DNA of 10,448 nucleotides from a virus: the UHGV virus genome UHGV-0227753. One strand, written 5' to 3'. A program made the translations under genes and the position numbers. The notes beneath the pieces were generated by a model. The model made no database searches. It worked only from the letters and a program-made list of their open reading frames with translations, and was not told the origin of the DNA. Positions 1-7,786 of this stretch are shown one piece after another; the first letter of the stretch is position 1, and every line of letters starts with the position of its first letter.

Positions 1-1563
1 ATCTTTCGGTGTTAATGTTATATCCGCAGTCAGTGCTTTCCCGTTAACTTTTCGGTTAGATGGTACCCTGCCATTCGCATTGTCATTCGCTGCTTTAACT
101 GCCTTCGGTGTCGCGGCAAGCGTTTCAGATGTGCTGTTGGTTGCACTACTGAGCTGGACTATCCCCTTTTTCGTCGTGCTCGCATCCTCAAGCGCCACGG
201 CGGATGCAATATCCTCTGCCCGTTTTGCCGCTGTCTCAGCGCGCGTTGCTGCGGATTCTGCCGTACTTTTGCTCTGTGCTGCCGCCGTCGCACTGCCAGC
301 AGCCTCTGTTGCCTTCGTGGATGCCGTCGTGGCGCTGCCCTTCGCTGCTGACGCCTGTCTGGTCGCCTCATCTTTTGAAGCAGACGCCGATGAGGCCGAT
401 GACGCCGCCGAACTGGCGGACGATGCGGCAGCCGTTTTTGAGGATTCTGCGCTGGTTTCCGACGCTTTCGCGTTCGTTTCGGATGTCTTCGCTGCGGAAG
501 CTGACCTCGCTGCTGCGCTGGCCTGTTCAGTGGCTTCGCCAGCCTTCGTTGTGGCTGTTGAAGCGGATGATGCGGCGCTTTCTGCCGATTTTCCGGCGGC
601 GATGGCACTGGCTGAGGCCTGCCCGGCACTTGTTGACGCGGCACTGGCAGACGACGCAGCCGCTGTTTTTGAGCCTGCCGCAGCTGAGGCGCTCTGTCCC
701 GCTGCCGTCTCAGAAGACCTGGCGTTCGTCTCGGACGTTTTTGCCGCCTTCGCGGAATTTGCTGCCGCCGTTGCCGAGGAAGCTGCGCTGCTGGCGCTCG
801 AGGATGCGTTCGTTTCTGATGATTTTGCCGCCTCTTTTGAAGCCGACGCATCCCGGGCTGAGGTGGCAGCTTCTGACGCTTTCGTAGTCGCGGTGGATGC
901 AGAAGTGGCTGCTGATTGTTGTGACGCTGCAGCATTCGTTTCTGACGTTTTCGCGGCACTGGCACTGGTAGCTGCCGCGCTTTTTGAGGACTCTGCAGCG
1001 GCAGCACTTTTTTCCGCTTCAGTGGCCTTTGTTGATGCCGTTCCTGCGCTGGAAGACGCTGACTGAGCCGACGAAGCGGCCTGTCCGGCTGACGTGCTGG
1101 CTGCGCGTGCTGAGCCTGCAGCATCAGTCGCATGGGTTGCCGCCTCACGGGCAGATGTGCCGGCATCGCCGGCTGACTTCTTCGCGGCTGCCGTGTTCTG
1201 TGCCACTGCGGACGCGTTACGCGCCACCTCTTCCACCATCAGTTCAAAACGTCGCAATGCCTCCGGACGGGCATCATCCTCCGTCATGGCACCGAGAAAA
1301 TCATTCAGCGTACCGGGTTGAGAATCTTCATACACGGTGATGGTCCCGGCATGTGACGGCGGGAATCCCTCCACCAACAGAATAACGCTGTACTGACCGT
1401 ACTCAACGTCCATGCTGTAACGCCCGGCTTCATCCGGATTTTCTGAGGCCAGCGTGTTCACCACCACCGTGGTGCTGTTACGTTTTGCTTTCAGCTGGAT
1501 TGTGCAGTTCTGTACCGGTTTTCCTGTGCCGTCTTTCAGTACACCTGAAATCTTTACTGCCAT
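1..1563 (-). CDS. stf: Side tail fiber protein Stf, N-terminal ~521 codons; 3' end continues beyond window position 1
   Basis: Hand translation of the minus strand from ATG at 1563..1561 gives MAVKISGVLKDGTGKPVQNCTIQLKAKRNSTTVVVNTLASENPDEAGRYSMDVEYGQYSVILLVEGFPPSHAGTITVYEDSQPGTLNDFLGAMTEDDARPEALRRFELMVEEVARNASAVAQNTAAAKKSAGDAGTSAREAATHAADAADSARAASTSAGQAASSAQSASS..., matching the lambda Stf N-terminus as I recall it. The same frame (codons at plus positions 3k+1..3k+3) has no stop in the segments I checked (1..360 and 1051..1563), and 121..360 reads ...RQASAAKGSATTASTKATEA...AGSATAAAQSKSTAESAATRAETAAKRAEDIASAVALEDASTTKKGIVQLSSATNSTSETLAATPKAVKAANDNANGRVPSNRKVNGKALTADITLTPKD. It is absent from the ORF track only because its stop lies outside the window. 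Confidence 0.9.
   Translation of the reverse strand, partial: MAVKISGVLKDGTGKPVQNCTIQLKAKRNSTTVVVNTLASENPDEAGRYSMDVEYGQYSVILLVEGFPPSHAGTITVYEDSQPGTLNDFLGAMTEDDARPEALRRFELMVEEVARNASAVAQNTAAAKKSAGDAGTSAREAATHATDAAGSARAASTSAGQAASSAQSASSSAGTASTKATEAEKSAAAAESSKSAAATSASAAKTSETNAAASQQSAATSASTATTKASEAATSARDASASKEAAKSSETNASSSASSAASSATAAANSAKAAKTSETNARSSETAAGQSASAAAGSKTAAASSASAASTSAGQASASAIAAGKSAESAASSASTATTKAGEATEQASAAARSASAAKTSETNAKASETSAESSKTAAASSASSAASSASSASASKDEATRQASAAKGSATTASTKATEAAGSATAAAQSKSTAESAATRAETAAKRAEDIASAVALEDASTTKKGIVQLSSATNSTSETLAATPKAVKAANDNANGRVPSNRKVNGKALTADITLTPKD
240..1200 (-). repeat. Low-complexity Ala/Ser/Thr-rich repeat region inside stf, with imperfect direct DNA repeats
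   Basis: Imperfect direct repeats of the form GCRTTCGTYTCBGAYGTYTTYGC at about 471..495, 723..746 and 932..956 on the plus strand. On the minus strand they encode the recurring Stf peptide motif (KTSETNA-like). High GC and Ala-codon bias leave long open frames in several wrong frames on both strands. Boundaries are approximate. Confidence 0.6.
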
Positions 1564-1574
1564 ATTCACCCCAC

Positions 1575-1600
1575 AAAAAAGCCCGCCTGAACCGGCGGGC
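1575..1600 (-). terminator. Intrinsic (rho-independent) terminator-like hairpin between lom and stf
   Basis: Minus-strand sequence GCCCGCC-GGTTCA-GGCGGGC followed directly by TTTTTTG: a 7-bp GC-rich stem, 6-nt loop and T-run, 4 nt... more precisely the stem is plus 1581..1600 and the T-run is the plus A-run at 1575..1580. It lies 27 nt downstream of the lom stop and about 11 nt upstream of the stf ATG. Confidence 0.6.
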
Positions 1601-1627
1601 TGTCATAACACTGTGTTACCTGGCTAA

Positions 1628-2227
1628 TCAGAACTTATAACCGACACCCACGATGAAACCGTCAGTGCGCCAGTCGCCACTGCCGGAGCCTTCATAAGCA
1701 ATATCAATGGCCACGGACTCGGTCGGGTTAAACTGCACGCCAGCCCCCCACGCCAGAGACGTGTTGCTGTGGCGACCGTCATCACTTCCGGTCAGCACGT
1801 CGTGCGTTTTCCCCTTGTTGTCAGTTACGCGGAGATAATCCCCGGAGAAAGTCGACACACGGCTGTAAGCCATACCCGCCATCGCATACGCGCTGAACCA
1901 TTCATTCACGCGCACAGACGGCCCCACCATCACGCTGAACCAGCGGTTACGCACGGAATCTTCATGCCAGCGGGTATCGCTGTAACGGGTAAGCTGGCGA
2001 TTCTTGTCTCCTGCATAGCTGAATGACGTCACCAGCCCCAGTGTGTCCGTAAACTCATAACGGTATTTCACGTTAATCCCGTTAAGATCATCGCTGCCGG
2101 GAACGTTCGTCGAGGCATGAAGATACCCCGCGCTCAGCGTGGACTGATGTTCAGATGCCCATGCAGGCGCACCGGATACGGCCAGACAAATGGCTGCGGA
2201 CAAAATGGCGGCATAAAGTTTACGCAT
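1628..2227 (-). CDS. lom: Lom outer membrane protein (Ail/Lom/PagC family beta-barrel), lambda-type moron
   Basis: 199-aa [33 protein letters not shown]...[10 protein letters not shown], near-identical to lambda Lom as recalled. N-terminal signal peptide with an AWA-SE cleavage site and a C-terminal aromatic residue (…GYKF) typical of outer-membrane beta-barrels. A GAGAGG Shine-Dalgarno sits about 5 nt upstream of the ATG. Position between J and stf matches lambda. Confidence 0.95.
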
Positions 2228-2251
2228 AATTACCTCTCGCTTTTCTGCAAT

Positions 2252-2275
2252 AAAAAAGGCACCATTTCTGGTGCC
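2252..2275 (-). terminator. Intrinsic terminator-like hairpin downstream of J, upstream of lom
   Basis: Minus-strand GGCACCA-GAAA-TGGTGCC followed by TTTTTTATT: 7-bp stem (plus 2258..2264 and 2269..2275), 4-nt loop, T-run (plus A-run 2252..2257). It lies 21 nt after the J stop codon (2297..2299). Confidence 0.6.
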
Positions 2276-2296
2276 CTTATATGGGTTATAACAATT

Positions 2297-5200
2297 TCAA
2301 CGAATACTGATGCCGGAAGCGGCTTTTTTGGTCACAATCACCGTACAGTCGGTGATATTACCTGCCCACTGATTGCCTTTATGGAAAACCTTAAACTCCA
2401 GAGTGACGCTTCCCCTGCCACTCGGCATATCAATAACCGCACTGTAGCTACCGGGAATGGCCCCTTTAGTTTCTCTGGATGCGATTAATACACCGTTTTT
2501 GCGAACTTCAAAACCATAACCCGTGTATCTTGTACCTCCCGGGTTATTACCACTTCCCGGATCGCTATACGCTATTCCGTTAAAGATAATGGGCGGAATA
2601 ATGATTTGACGGTCAAAGTTATGATCATCGCTGATGGTGACTGTAACCGTCCCGTTTGGTGTTTCCGTGTTACCCCACGTACCAGCCTGTTTCGGAAATG
2701 ATTTGGATACAGCTTTAACGAAGTCACCTCTGACCTGAGTCGCCTCCAGCATGCCCTTAATCGTACAGTTTTCATTTACCGTGACATTGTTGAGCGTCCC
2801 GGCGTTCGCATTCACACTGCCACTGATATCCGCATTTTTAGCGGTCAGCTTTCCGTCTGATGTCAGGGAAAATACCGGAGGACTGCCACCACTGGTAATG
2901 GTGGGAGCCGTCAGGCGCTTCAGGAACACGTCGTTCATGAATATCTGATTGCCCTGCGCCACAAACATCGGCGTTTCATTCCCGTTTGCCGGGTCAATAA
3001 ATGCGATACGGTTAGCGGCAACCAGAAACTGACTCAGTTTGCCTTCCTCCGTGTCCTCCATGCTGAGGCCAATACCCGCGACATAATGTTTGCCGTCTTT
3101 GGTCTGCTCAATTTTGACAGCCCACATGGCATTCCACTTATCGTTGGCGTCCTTCCACTCTTTCGAAAACTCCTCCAGTCTGCTGGCGTTATCCTCCGTC
3201 AGCTCGACTTTTTCCAGCAGCTCCTTGCCGAGATGGGATTCGGTTATCTTGCCTTTGAAAAAATCCAGGTAACCTTCCGCATCATCGCTCGCCCGACCGA
3301 CGGCCTCCACGAATGCCGATTTGCCAACGGTGTTCACACTGCGGATATAAAAGTAATAATCATGGCCCGGTTTGATATTGATACTGGCGGCTATCCAGTA
3401 CAGCGCCGTGCCAAGATAGCGGGCTGTGGTTTCAACCTGCCTGATATCCGCAATCCGCTTTTCCGAGAACCAGAACTCAAACTGTACCGTCGGATCATAA
3501 ACGGCAAGATGCGGCGTTGCGGTTATCTGAAAATAGCCCGGCGTCAGCTCAATCCGCGACGGTGCTGCCGGTGCGGCAATCCGGAACGATACCGATGCCG
3601 GATCGCCCTGCTGCCCCCAGGCATTTGCCGCCCGGACTGTCAGCCTGTAGTTTCCCAGCGCCAGTTGCGTGAAGCGGTATGTGGTTTCCGTCGTCCGGGC
3701 CGTGCTGACCAGCCGCTCACTGCCGTCATCCGCTGTTACGGTCAGACGGAGCAGGAAGCTCACGCCCTTCACCACCTTCGGCGTGTCCCAGCGCGCCAGC
3801 ACCTGATATTCCCCGCTGTCTGCGGTGACTTCGGCGGTCAGGTGCTGCACCGCTGGCGGCGTGACACCATTCACCGTGCCGCTCTGGTCGCCGTCAAAGT
3901 GCGCCCCGTTATCCACGATGGCTTCTTTTTCCGGTACATGCTGCACGGCGGTGATGGCATACGTGCCGTCATCGTTATCACGGATACTCACACAGCGGAA
4001 CAGGCGCTGACGCAACGTCGGCAACTTCAGCCCCCACACACTGTATTCTGCAACGCCGTCAGGAACCCGGTTCACTTTCACCTTAAGTCCGTCGGTGACG
4101 GACTGAACCTCCACGCTGACCGGATTACCACTTCCGTCAACCAGGCTTATCAGCGTGGTACCGGAGGATGGCAGCGTGATTTCACGGTCGAGCGTCAGCG
4201 TCCGGGTCTGGCTGTTTACCGCCAGCACGCGCCCGCCGGTGCGGATACCGGCATAGTCATCATCACAGATTTCAATGACATCGCCCGGTACATGGCGAAG
4301 CCCTTCTGCGCCCACGCTGAAGTCCACGGTCTGCGTTTCCAGCAGTTCTGTTTTAATCAGCCACAGCCCGGCGCGGTGTGCCTGCCCCCGGCTGGTACAG
4401 CCAAAAGCATCCATCTTCGTGACGTTACGACCGTAACGGGCAATGGCCTGCGTGTCCTCCACAAGCTCTGTTGCCGTCTCCCAGCCATTGTCCGGGTCAA
4501 TCCAGTTCACCTCAACGGCATTATGGCGGTCCTTCAGGGCGCTGAAGCTGTAGCGGAACGGCGCGCCATCATCCGGCATCACCACATTACTGCGGTTATA
4601 GGTCCACACCTTATCCGACGGTCGGTCCTGCACGAACGTCAGCGTCTGCCCGTTCCATACCGGCATACAGCGCATCGCCGAGCAGAAATCACTGAGCACA
4701 TCCCACGCCTTGCGCTGCGTGGTCAGCCAGGCATTACAGGTGATGCGCGGCTCCGTGCCGCCAAAGCCGTCCGGCACCGACTGGTCGCAGTACTGGCCGA
4801 TGACATACAGCGCCCATTTATCCACATCCGCCGCACCAAGACGTTTCCCCATGCCGTAGCGCGGATGGGTCAGCATATCCCACAGACACCAGGCCGGGTT
4901 GTTGCTGTATGCCGGTTTTAACGTTCCGTCCCAGATACCGCTGTATTGCCGCGTCTGCGGGTTATAGTTCGACGGCACCTGCAGAATGCGCCCGCGAAGA
5001 TGATAATTACGGCTCACCTGCTGGCTGCCGAACTGCTCCGAGTCCACCTGCACGCCGACCAGTACCGTGTTCGGGTAGCACTGTTTCACATCGATGATTT
5101 CGGTGTATGACGACCAGAGCGTTTTGTTCTGCAGCTGGTCTGTGGTGCTGTCCGGCGTCATCCTGCGCATCCGGATATTAAACGGGCGCGGCGGCAGGTT

Positions 5201-5710
5201 ATCCACCACCACCGAGGCCAGATACTGCGACGTGGTTTTGCCCTTAATGGTGATGTCTTTTTCCGTCACCCAGCCACCGTTACGTTGTATCTGAACCAGC
5301 AGGCGGACTTCCGACGGATTCCGGTCACCCTTTGAGGTGGTTTCCACCAGTGCCTGCACACCGAAGGTAAAGCGCAGACGGTCGATGTTTGCAGACGTGA
5401 TGGTCCGGGTAATCGGCGTGTCGTACTTCACTTCCGTACCCAGCACCGTCTCGGAGCCGGAGGATTCAAATCCCTCCGGCGGTGTCTGCTCCTGCTCACC
5501 TGCCCGGAAAACCACCGTGACACCGGAGATATTGGTATTCCCCTCACTGTCCAGCACTGGCGTACTGTTCAGCAGCACACTTTTTAATCCGTCCACCGGA
5601 CCTTCAATCGGCCCTTCACTGATGGCGTCTATCACGCTCAGCATCTGGGATGATTTCAGGTTGTCCTTCGCTTCGCGCGGGGTATGCCCCTTACTGCTGC
5701 CTTTACCCAT
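2297..5710 (-). CDS. J: Tail tip attachment / host specificity protein J (central tail fiber)
   Basis: 1137-aa ORF starting [54 protein letters not shown]..., collinear with and near-identical to lambda J (1132 aa as recalled) over roughly the first 1000 residues. Position after I and before lom matches lambda. The C-terminal ~100-160 residues do not match the lambda sequence I recall. Confidence 0.97.
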   Translation of the reverse strand: MGKGSSKGHTPREAKDNLKSSQMLSVIDAISEGPIEGPVDGLKSVLLNSTPVLDSEGNTNISGVTVVFRAGEQEQTPPEGFESSGSETVLGTEVKYDTPITRTITSANIDRLRFTFGVQALVETTSKGDRNPSEVRLLVQIQRNGGWVTEKDITIKGKTTSQYLASVVVDNLPPRPFNIRMRRMTPDSTTDQLQNKTLWSSYTEIIDVKQCYPNTVLVGVQVDSEQFGSQQVSRNYHLRGRILQVPSNYNPQTRQYSGIWDGTLKPAYSNNPAWCLWDMLTHPRYGMGKRLGAADVDKWALYVIGQYCDQSVPDGFGGTEPRITCNAWLTTQRKAWDVLSDFCSAMRCMPVWNGQTLTFVQDRPSDKVWTYNRSNVVMPDDGAPFRYSFSALKDRHNAVEVNWIDPDNGWETATELVEDTQAIARYGRNVTKMDAFGCTSRGQAHRAGLWLIKTELLETQTVDFSVGAEGLRHVPGDVIEICDDDYAGIRTGGRVLAVNSQTRTLTLDREITLPSSGTTLISLVDGSGNPVSVEVQSVTDGLKVKVNRVPDGVAEYSVWGLKLPTLRQRLFRCVSIRDNDDGTYAITAVQHVPEKEAIVDNGAHFDGDQSGTVNGVTPPAVQHLTAEVTADSGEYQVLARWDTPKVVKGVSFLLRLTVTADDGSERLVSTARTTETTYRFTQLALGNYRLTVRAANAWGQQGDPASVSFRIAAPAAPSRIELTPGYFQITATPHLAVYDPTVQFEFWFSEKRIADIRQVETTARYLGTALYWIAASINIKPGHDYYFYIRSVNTVGKSAFVEAVGRASDDAEGYLDFFKGKITESHLGKELLEKVELTEDNASRLEEFSKEWKDANDKWNAMWAVKIEQTKDGKHYVAGIGLSMEDTEEGKLSQFLVAANRIAFIDPANGNETPMFVAQGNQIFMNDVFLKRLTAPTITSGGSPPVFSLTSDGKLTAKNADISGSVNANAGTLNNVTVNENCTIKGMLEATQVRGDFVKAVSKSFPKQAGTWGNTETPNGTVTVTISDDHNFDRQIIIPPIIFNGIAYSDPGSGNNPGGTRYTGYGFEVRKNGVLIASRETKGAIPGSYSAVIDMPSGRGSVTLEFKVFHKGNQWAGNITDCTVIVTKKAASGISIR

Positions 5711-5732
5711 TCCTCACGCTCCAGAAACGACA

Positions 5733-5752
5733 AAACCGCCCTGAGGCGGTTT
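5733..5752 (-). promoter_or_regulatory. Stem-loop in the 60-nt I-J intergenic spacer (possible attenuator or RNA stability element)
   Basis: Plus AAACCGCC-CTGA-GGCGGTTT: an 8-bp stem with 4-nt loop. On the minus strand it is followed by a U-rich stretch (TGTCGTTTCTGG) and then the J start region. Function is not established from sequence alone. Confidence 0.25.
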
Positions 5753-5770
5753 CACATAAAACGTTTTTCA

Positions 5771-6442
5771 TCAACGACCAATCACCACAACCTGACCACC
5801 GTCCCCCTCGTCTGCCGTGCTGATCTCCTGAGAAGCCACCCGCGACCCCACGCGCATTTCACCGTACAGAACAGGCAGAACATTGCCCTGGGCAACCATG
5901 TTATCCAGTGAGGAGAAATAGGTGTTCTGCTTACCGTTATCCGTTGTCTGTGTACGGGGAGTTCTAGCTTTCGGTGCCAGCATCTGCGCCACACCACCAA
6001 GTACCATACTGGCACCGAGAGAAAACAGGATACCGGTCATACCACCGGCCCCAATGGCTGCCCCCCATGCTGCAAGGGTGGCTCCGGCAGTAAAGAATGA
6101 TCCGGCAATGGCGGTAGCCCCCAGAACAATCTGGAATACGCCCCCTGACTTGGCCCCGGCGACTCTGGGAACAATATGAATCACAGCGCCGTCAGGCAGA
6201 ACCTCATGTAACTGCGCCGTCAATCCGGACGTGCTGACGTCCCGCCCGGCAATCCGTACCTGATACCAGCCGTCGCTCAGTTTCTGACGAAACGCCGGGA
6301 GCTGTGTGGCCAGCGCCCGGATGGCTTCAGCCCCCGTTTTCACACGAAGGTCGATGCGGCGGCCAAATCGTTGTAAATCCCCGTAAAGGCAGATGCGCGC
6401 CATGCCCGGTGACGCCAGAGGGAGTGTGTGCGTCGCTGCCAT
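5771..6442 (-). CDS. I: Tail tip assembly protein I
   Basis: 223-aa ORF MAATHTLPLASPGMARICLYGDLQRFGRRIDLRVKTGAEAIRALATQL...VVVIGR; length and sequence match lambda I as recalled. Its start overlaps the 3' end of K by 103 nt in a different frame, as in lambda. Confidence 0.95.
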   Translation of the reverse strand: MAATHTLPLASPGMARICLYGDLQRFGRRIDLRVKTGAEAIRALATQLPAFRQKLSDGWYQVRIAGRDVSTSGLTAQLHEVLPDGAVIHIVPRVAGAKSGGVFQIVLGATAIAGSFFTAGATLAAWGAAIGAGGMTGILFSLGASMVLGGVAQMLAPKARTPRTQTTDNGKQNTYFSSLDNMVAQGNVLPVLYGEMRVGSRVASQEISTADEGDGGQVVVIGR

Positions 6443-7083
6443 TTGTCGGTATACCTCTCTCGTTTGCTCAGTTGTTCAGGAATATGGTGCAGCAGCTCGC
6501 CGTCACCACAGTAAATGGCGGCATGATTCGGCACCGATGAACCAAAACAGCACAGCAGCACATCGCCCGGTTGTGCTGATGACAACGGCACCTGATACAG
6601 CCCTGTGGCCTCCAGATTATCCAGATAGAGATTCTGACCGTGACGCCACCAGTCATCCCCGCGATGAAAATCCGGCATCTCAATCCCCGCCAGATGATAA
6701 GCATCCCGGAACAGCGTGTAACAGTCCGTCACCCCGTGCTCAAAGCGCCGCCCGGTAAGATGTGGCACACAGCGGAACTTGTAAATCGCCCCCCGGCAGA
6801 CCAGCCACCACGGCAAATCACTCTGCACCTGCAGCCGCCGATCGGCCTCACTCAGCCAGGGCAGACCACCGGGGTGACTGTGGACCAGCGCCACAATCTC
6901 ACCCTGCATCTCTGCCCGCAGCCAGTCCTCCGGCGACATCCGGAAATACGCCTCCGGCTCACCGGAGATATTCACGCAGGGAAAATATCTTTCCCCCTTC
7001 GGCGTTCTCACCACGAAGCCACACGACTCCGCTGGCGCACATCGCCGGGCGTGCGCCAGAATCGCTGATTCTGTCTCTGTCAT
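6340..7083 (-). CDS. K: Tail tip assembly protein K (MPN/JAB + NlpC/P60 two-domain protein); start ambiguous between 7083 and 6939
   Basis: Stop at 6340. The classical lambda-style start (MSPEDWLRAEMQGEIVALVHSHPGG..., 199 aa) is the ATG at 6939..6937 and has a GGAGG about 11 nt upstream. The frame stays open upstream, and an in-frame ATG at 7083..7081 (MTETESAILAHARRCAPAESCGFVV..., 247 aa) lies 4 nt after the L stop. The HSHPGGLPWLSEAD segment fits the JAMM H-x-H-x7-S-x2-D metalloprotease motif. Confidence 0.9.
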   Translation of the reverse strand: MTETESAILAHARRCAPAESCGFVVRTPKGERYFPCVNISGEPEAYFRMSPEDWLRAEMQGEIVALVHSHPGGLPWLSEADRRLQVQSDLPWWLVCRGAIYKFRCVPHLTGRRFEHGVTDCYTLFRDAYHLAGIEMPDFHRGDDWWRHGQNLYLDNLEATGLYQVPLSSAQPGDVLLCCFGSSVPNHAAIYCGDGELLHHIPEQLSKRERYTDKWQRRTHSLWRHRAWRASAFTGIYNDLAAASTFV

Positions 7084-7087
7084 GGGA

Positions 7088-7786
7088 TTACTGCGAAAGT
7101 TTGTTAATGGAAAGGAAGCCGCCAAAGTTGCCGACATTATTGCGAAACTTACAGCCACTCAGGCATTTACTGCATTTATCTTTCGTGATATCGGACGTCG
7201 GCTGGTCATATTCATCCGCGACAGCCGGACCGCTATAACCGCACTCATCACCGCGATAGGTCCAGGTACAGGTGTTGGCCAGCATGATGCGCCCCGGAAA
7301 AACAGCGCCATCCGTTTCCGTCGGCGTGGACAGTACAAAAGAGGCGCTCACCGCGCTCAGTTCGCTGCACTGCTCGATGCGCCAGCGGCTGATCACCTCC
7401 TGCTCCGGATCGGCATCGCTATTTCCGTTGACGAAGTTCACCGCATCCAGAAAACAGGCGTAAACCTTACGCCTGACCACCGTTCCTCCGACCAGACTCT
7501 GCAGGTCTTCCGCCATCCCGGTGACCATGCCGTGCAGATTAGAGACTTTCAGCGTTGGCCTTGCACTGGCTCCTTTGCCGTTCATCTCAAATCCACTTCC
7601 CTGAATGGGATAGGCCTGATACTGCCGCCCCTGCCAGGTGACTGGTTCACCTTTTTCGTTCTGCTCATTACAGAAGAAATAACGATCTCCGCCGACCTCT
7701 GTCAGATCGATTTCCCAGAGCACCACGCTGGCAGACTGCTCCGCACGGGTGCATTCATTCAGTGTTTCCTGTCGGATATTCTGCAT
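7088..7786 (-). CDS. L: Tail tip assembly protein L
   Basis: 232-aa ORF MQNIRQETLNECTRAEQSASVVLWEIDLTEVGGDRYFFCNEQNEKGEPVTWQGRQYQAYPIQGSGFEMNGKG...SINKLSQ; length and sequence match lambda L as recalled. Cys-rich C-terminal region. Its ATG (7786..7784) overlaps the M stop (TGATG). Confidence 0.95.
   Translation of the reverse strand: MQNIRQETLNECTRAEQSASVVLWEIDLTEVGGDRYFFCNEQNEKGEPVTWQGRQYQAYPIQGSGFEMNGKGASARPTLKVSNLHGMVTGMAEDLQSLVGGTVVRRKVYACFLDAVNFVNGNSDADPEQEVISRWRIEQCSELSAVSASFVLSTPTETDGAVFPGRIMLANTCTWTYRGDECGYSGPAVADEYDQPTSDITKDKCSKCLSGCKFRNNVGNFGGFLSINKLSQ

Noticed and set aside
80-1066. 328-aa plus-strand ORF, Ala-rich (MSFAALTAFGVAASVSDV...), also the overlapping 204..887 plus ORF
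   Set aside because: Antisense to the stf coding frame within its GC-rich repeat region; low-complexity composition driven by the reverse complement of Ala/Ser/Thr codons; the true stf frame on the minus strand matches lambda Stf.
159-1166. 335-aa minus-strand ORF, extremely Arg/Gln/Pro-rich
   Set aside because: Same strand as stf but in the wrong frame; composition is nonsensical for a protein; the stf frame (codons at 3k+1..3k+3) is the one that reproduces the lambda Stf sequence.
984-1340. Plus-strand ORFs 984..1340 and 1094..1321
   Set aside because: Antisense to the well-supported stf N-terminal coding region; no start context or homology.
1769-2026. 85-aa plus-strand ORF inside lom
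   Set aside because: Antisense to lom, which is confidently identified; His/Arg-rich composition is typical of antisense frames.
2228-2330. Possible sigma-70 promoter for lom in the J 3' end and J-lom spacer
   Set aside because: A TTGAAA hexamer is present near 2295..2300 on the minus strand, but no acceptable -10 hexamer lies at 16-18 bp spacing, and the candidate would sit upstream of the terminator hairpin; not supportable from sequence alone.
2117-2488. 123-aa plus-strand ORF spanning the lom start, the intergenic terminator and the J 3' end
   Set aside because: Crosses two confidently called minus-strand genes and a terminator hairpin; no plausible independent gene.
3086-4921. 611-aa plus-strand ORF antisense to J
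   Set aside because: Entirely nested antisense within J; Arg/His/Cys/Pro-rich composition is characteristic of a non-coding antisense frame in a GC-rich gene; the long open frame is explained by codon bias of J.
5771-6015. 77-aa minus-strand ORF 5782..6015 and plus ORFs in 5684..6179
   Set aside because: Alternate-frame or antisense ORFs within gene I and the I-J junction; I is confidently identified in another frame.
6340-7158. Full 272-aa K ORF starting at the ATG at 7158
   Set aside because: This start would overlap the 3' end of L by 71 nt and adds a hydrophobic leader with no counterpart in lambda K; the in-frame ATGs at 7083 or 6939 are more plausible.
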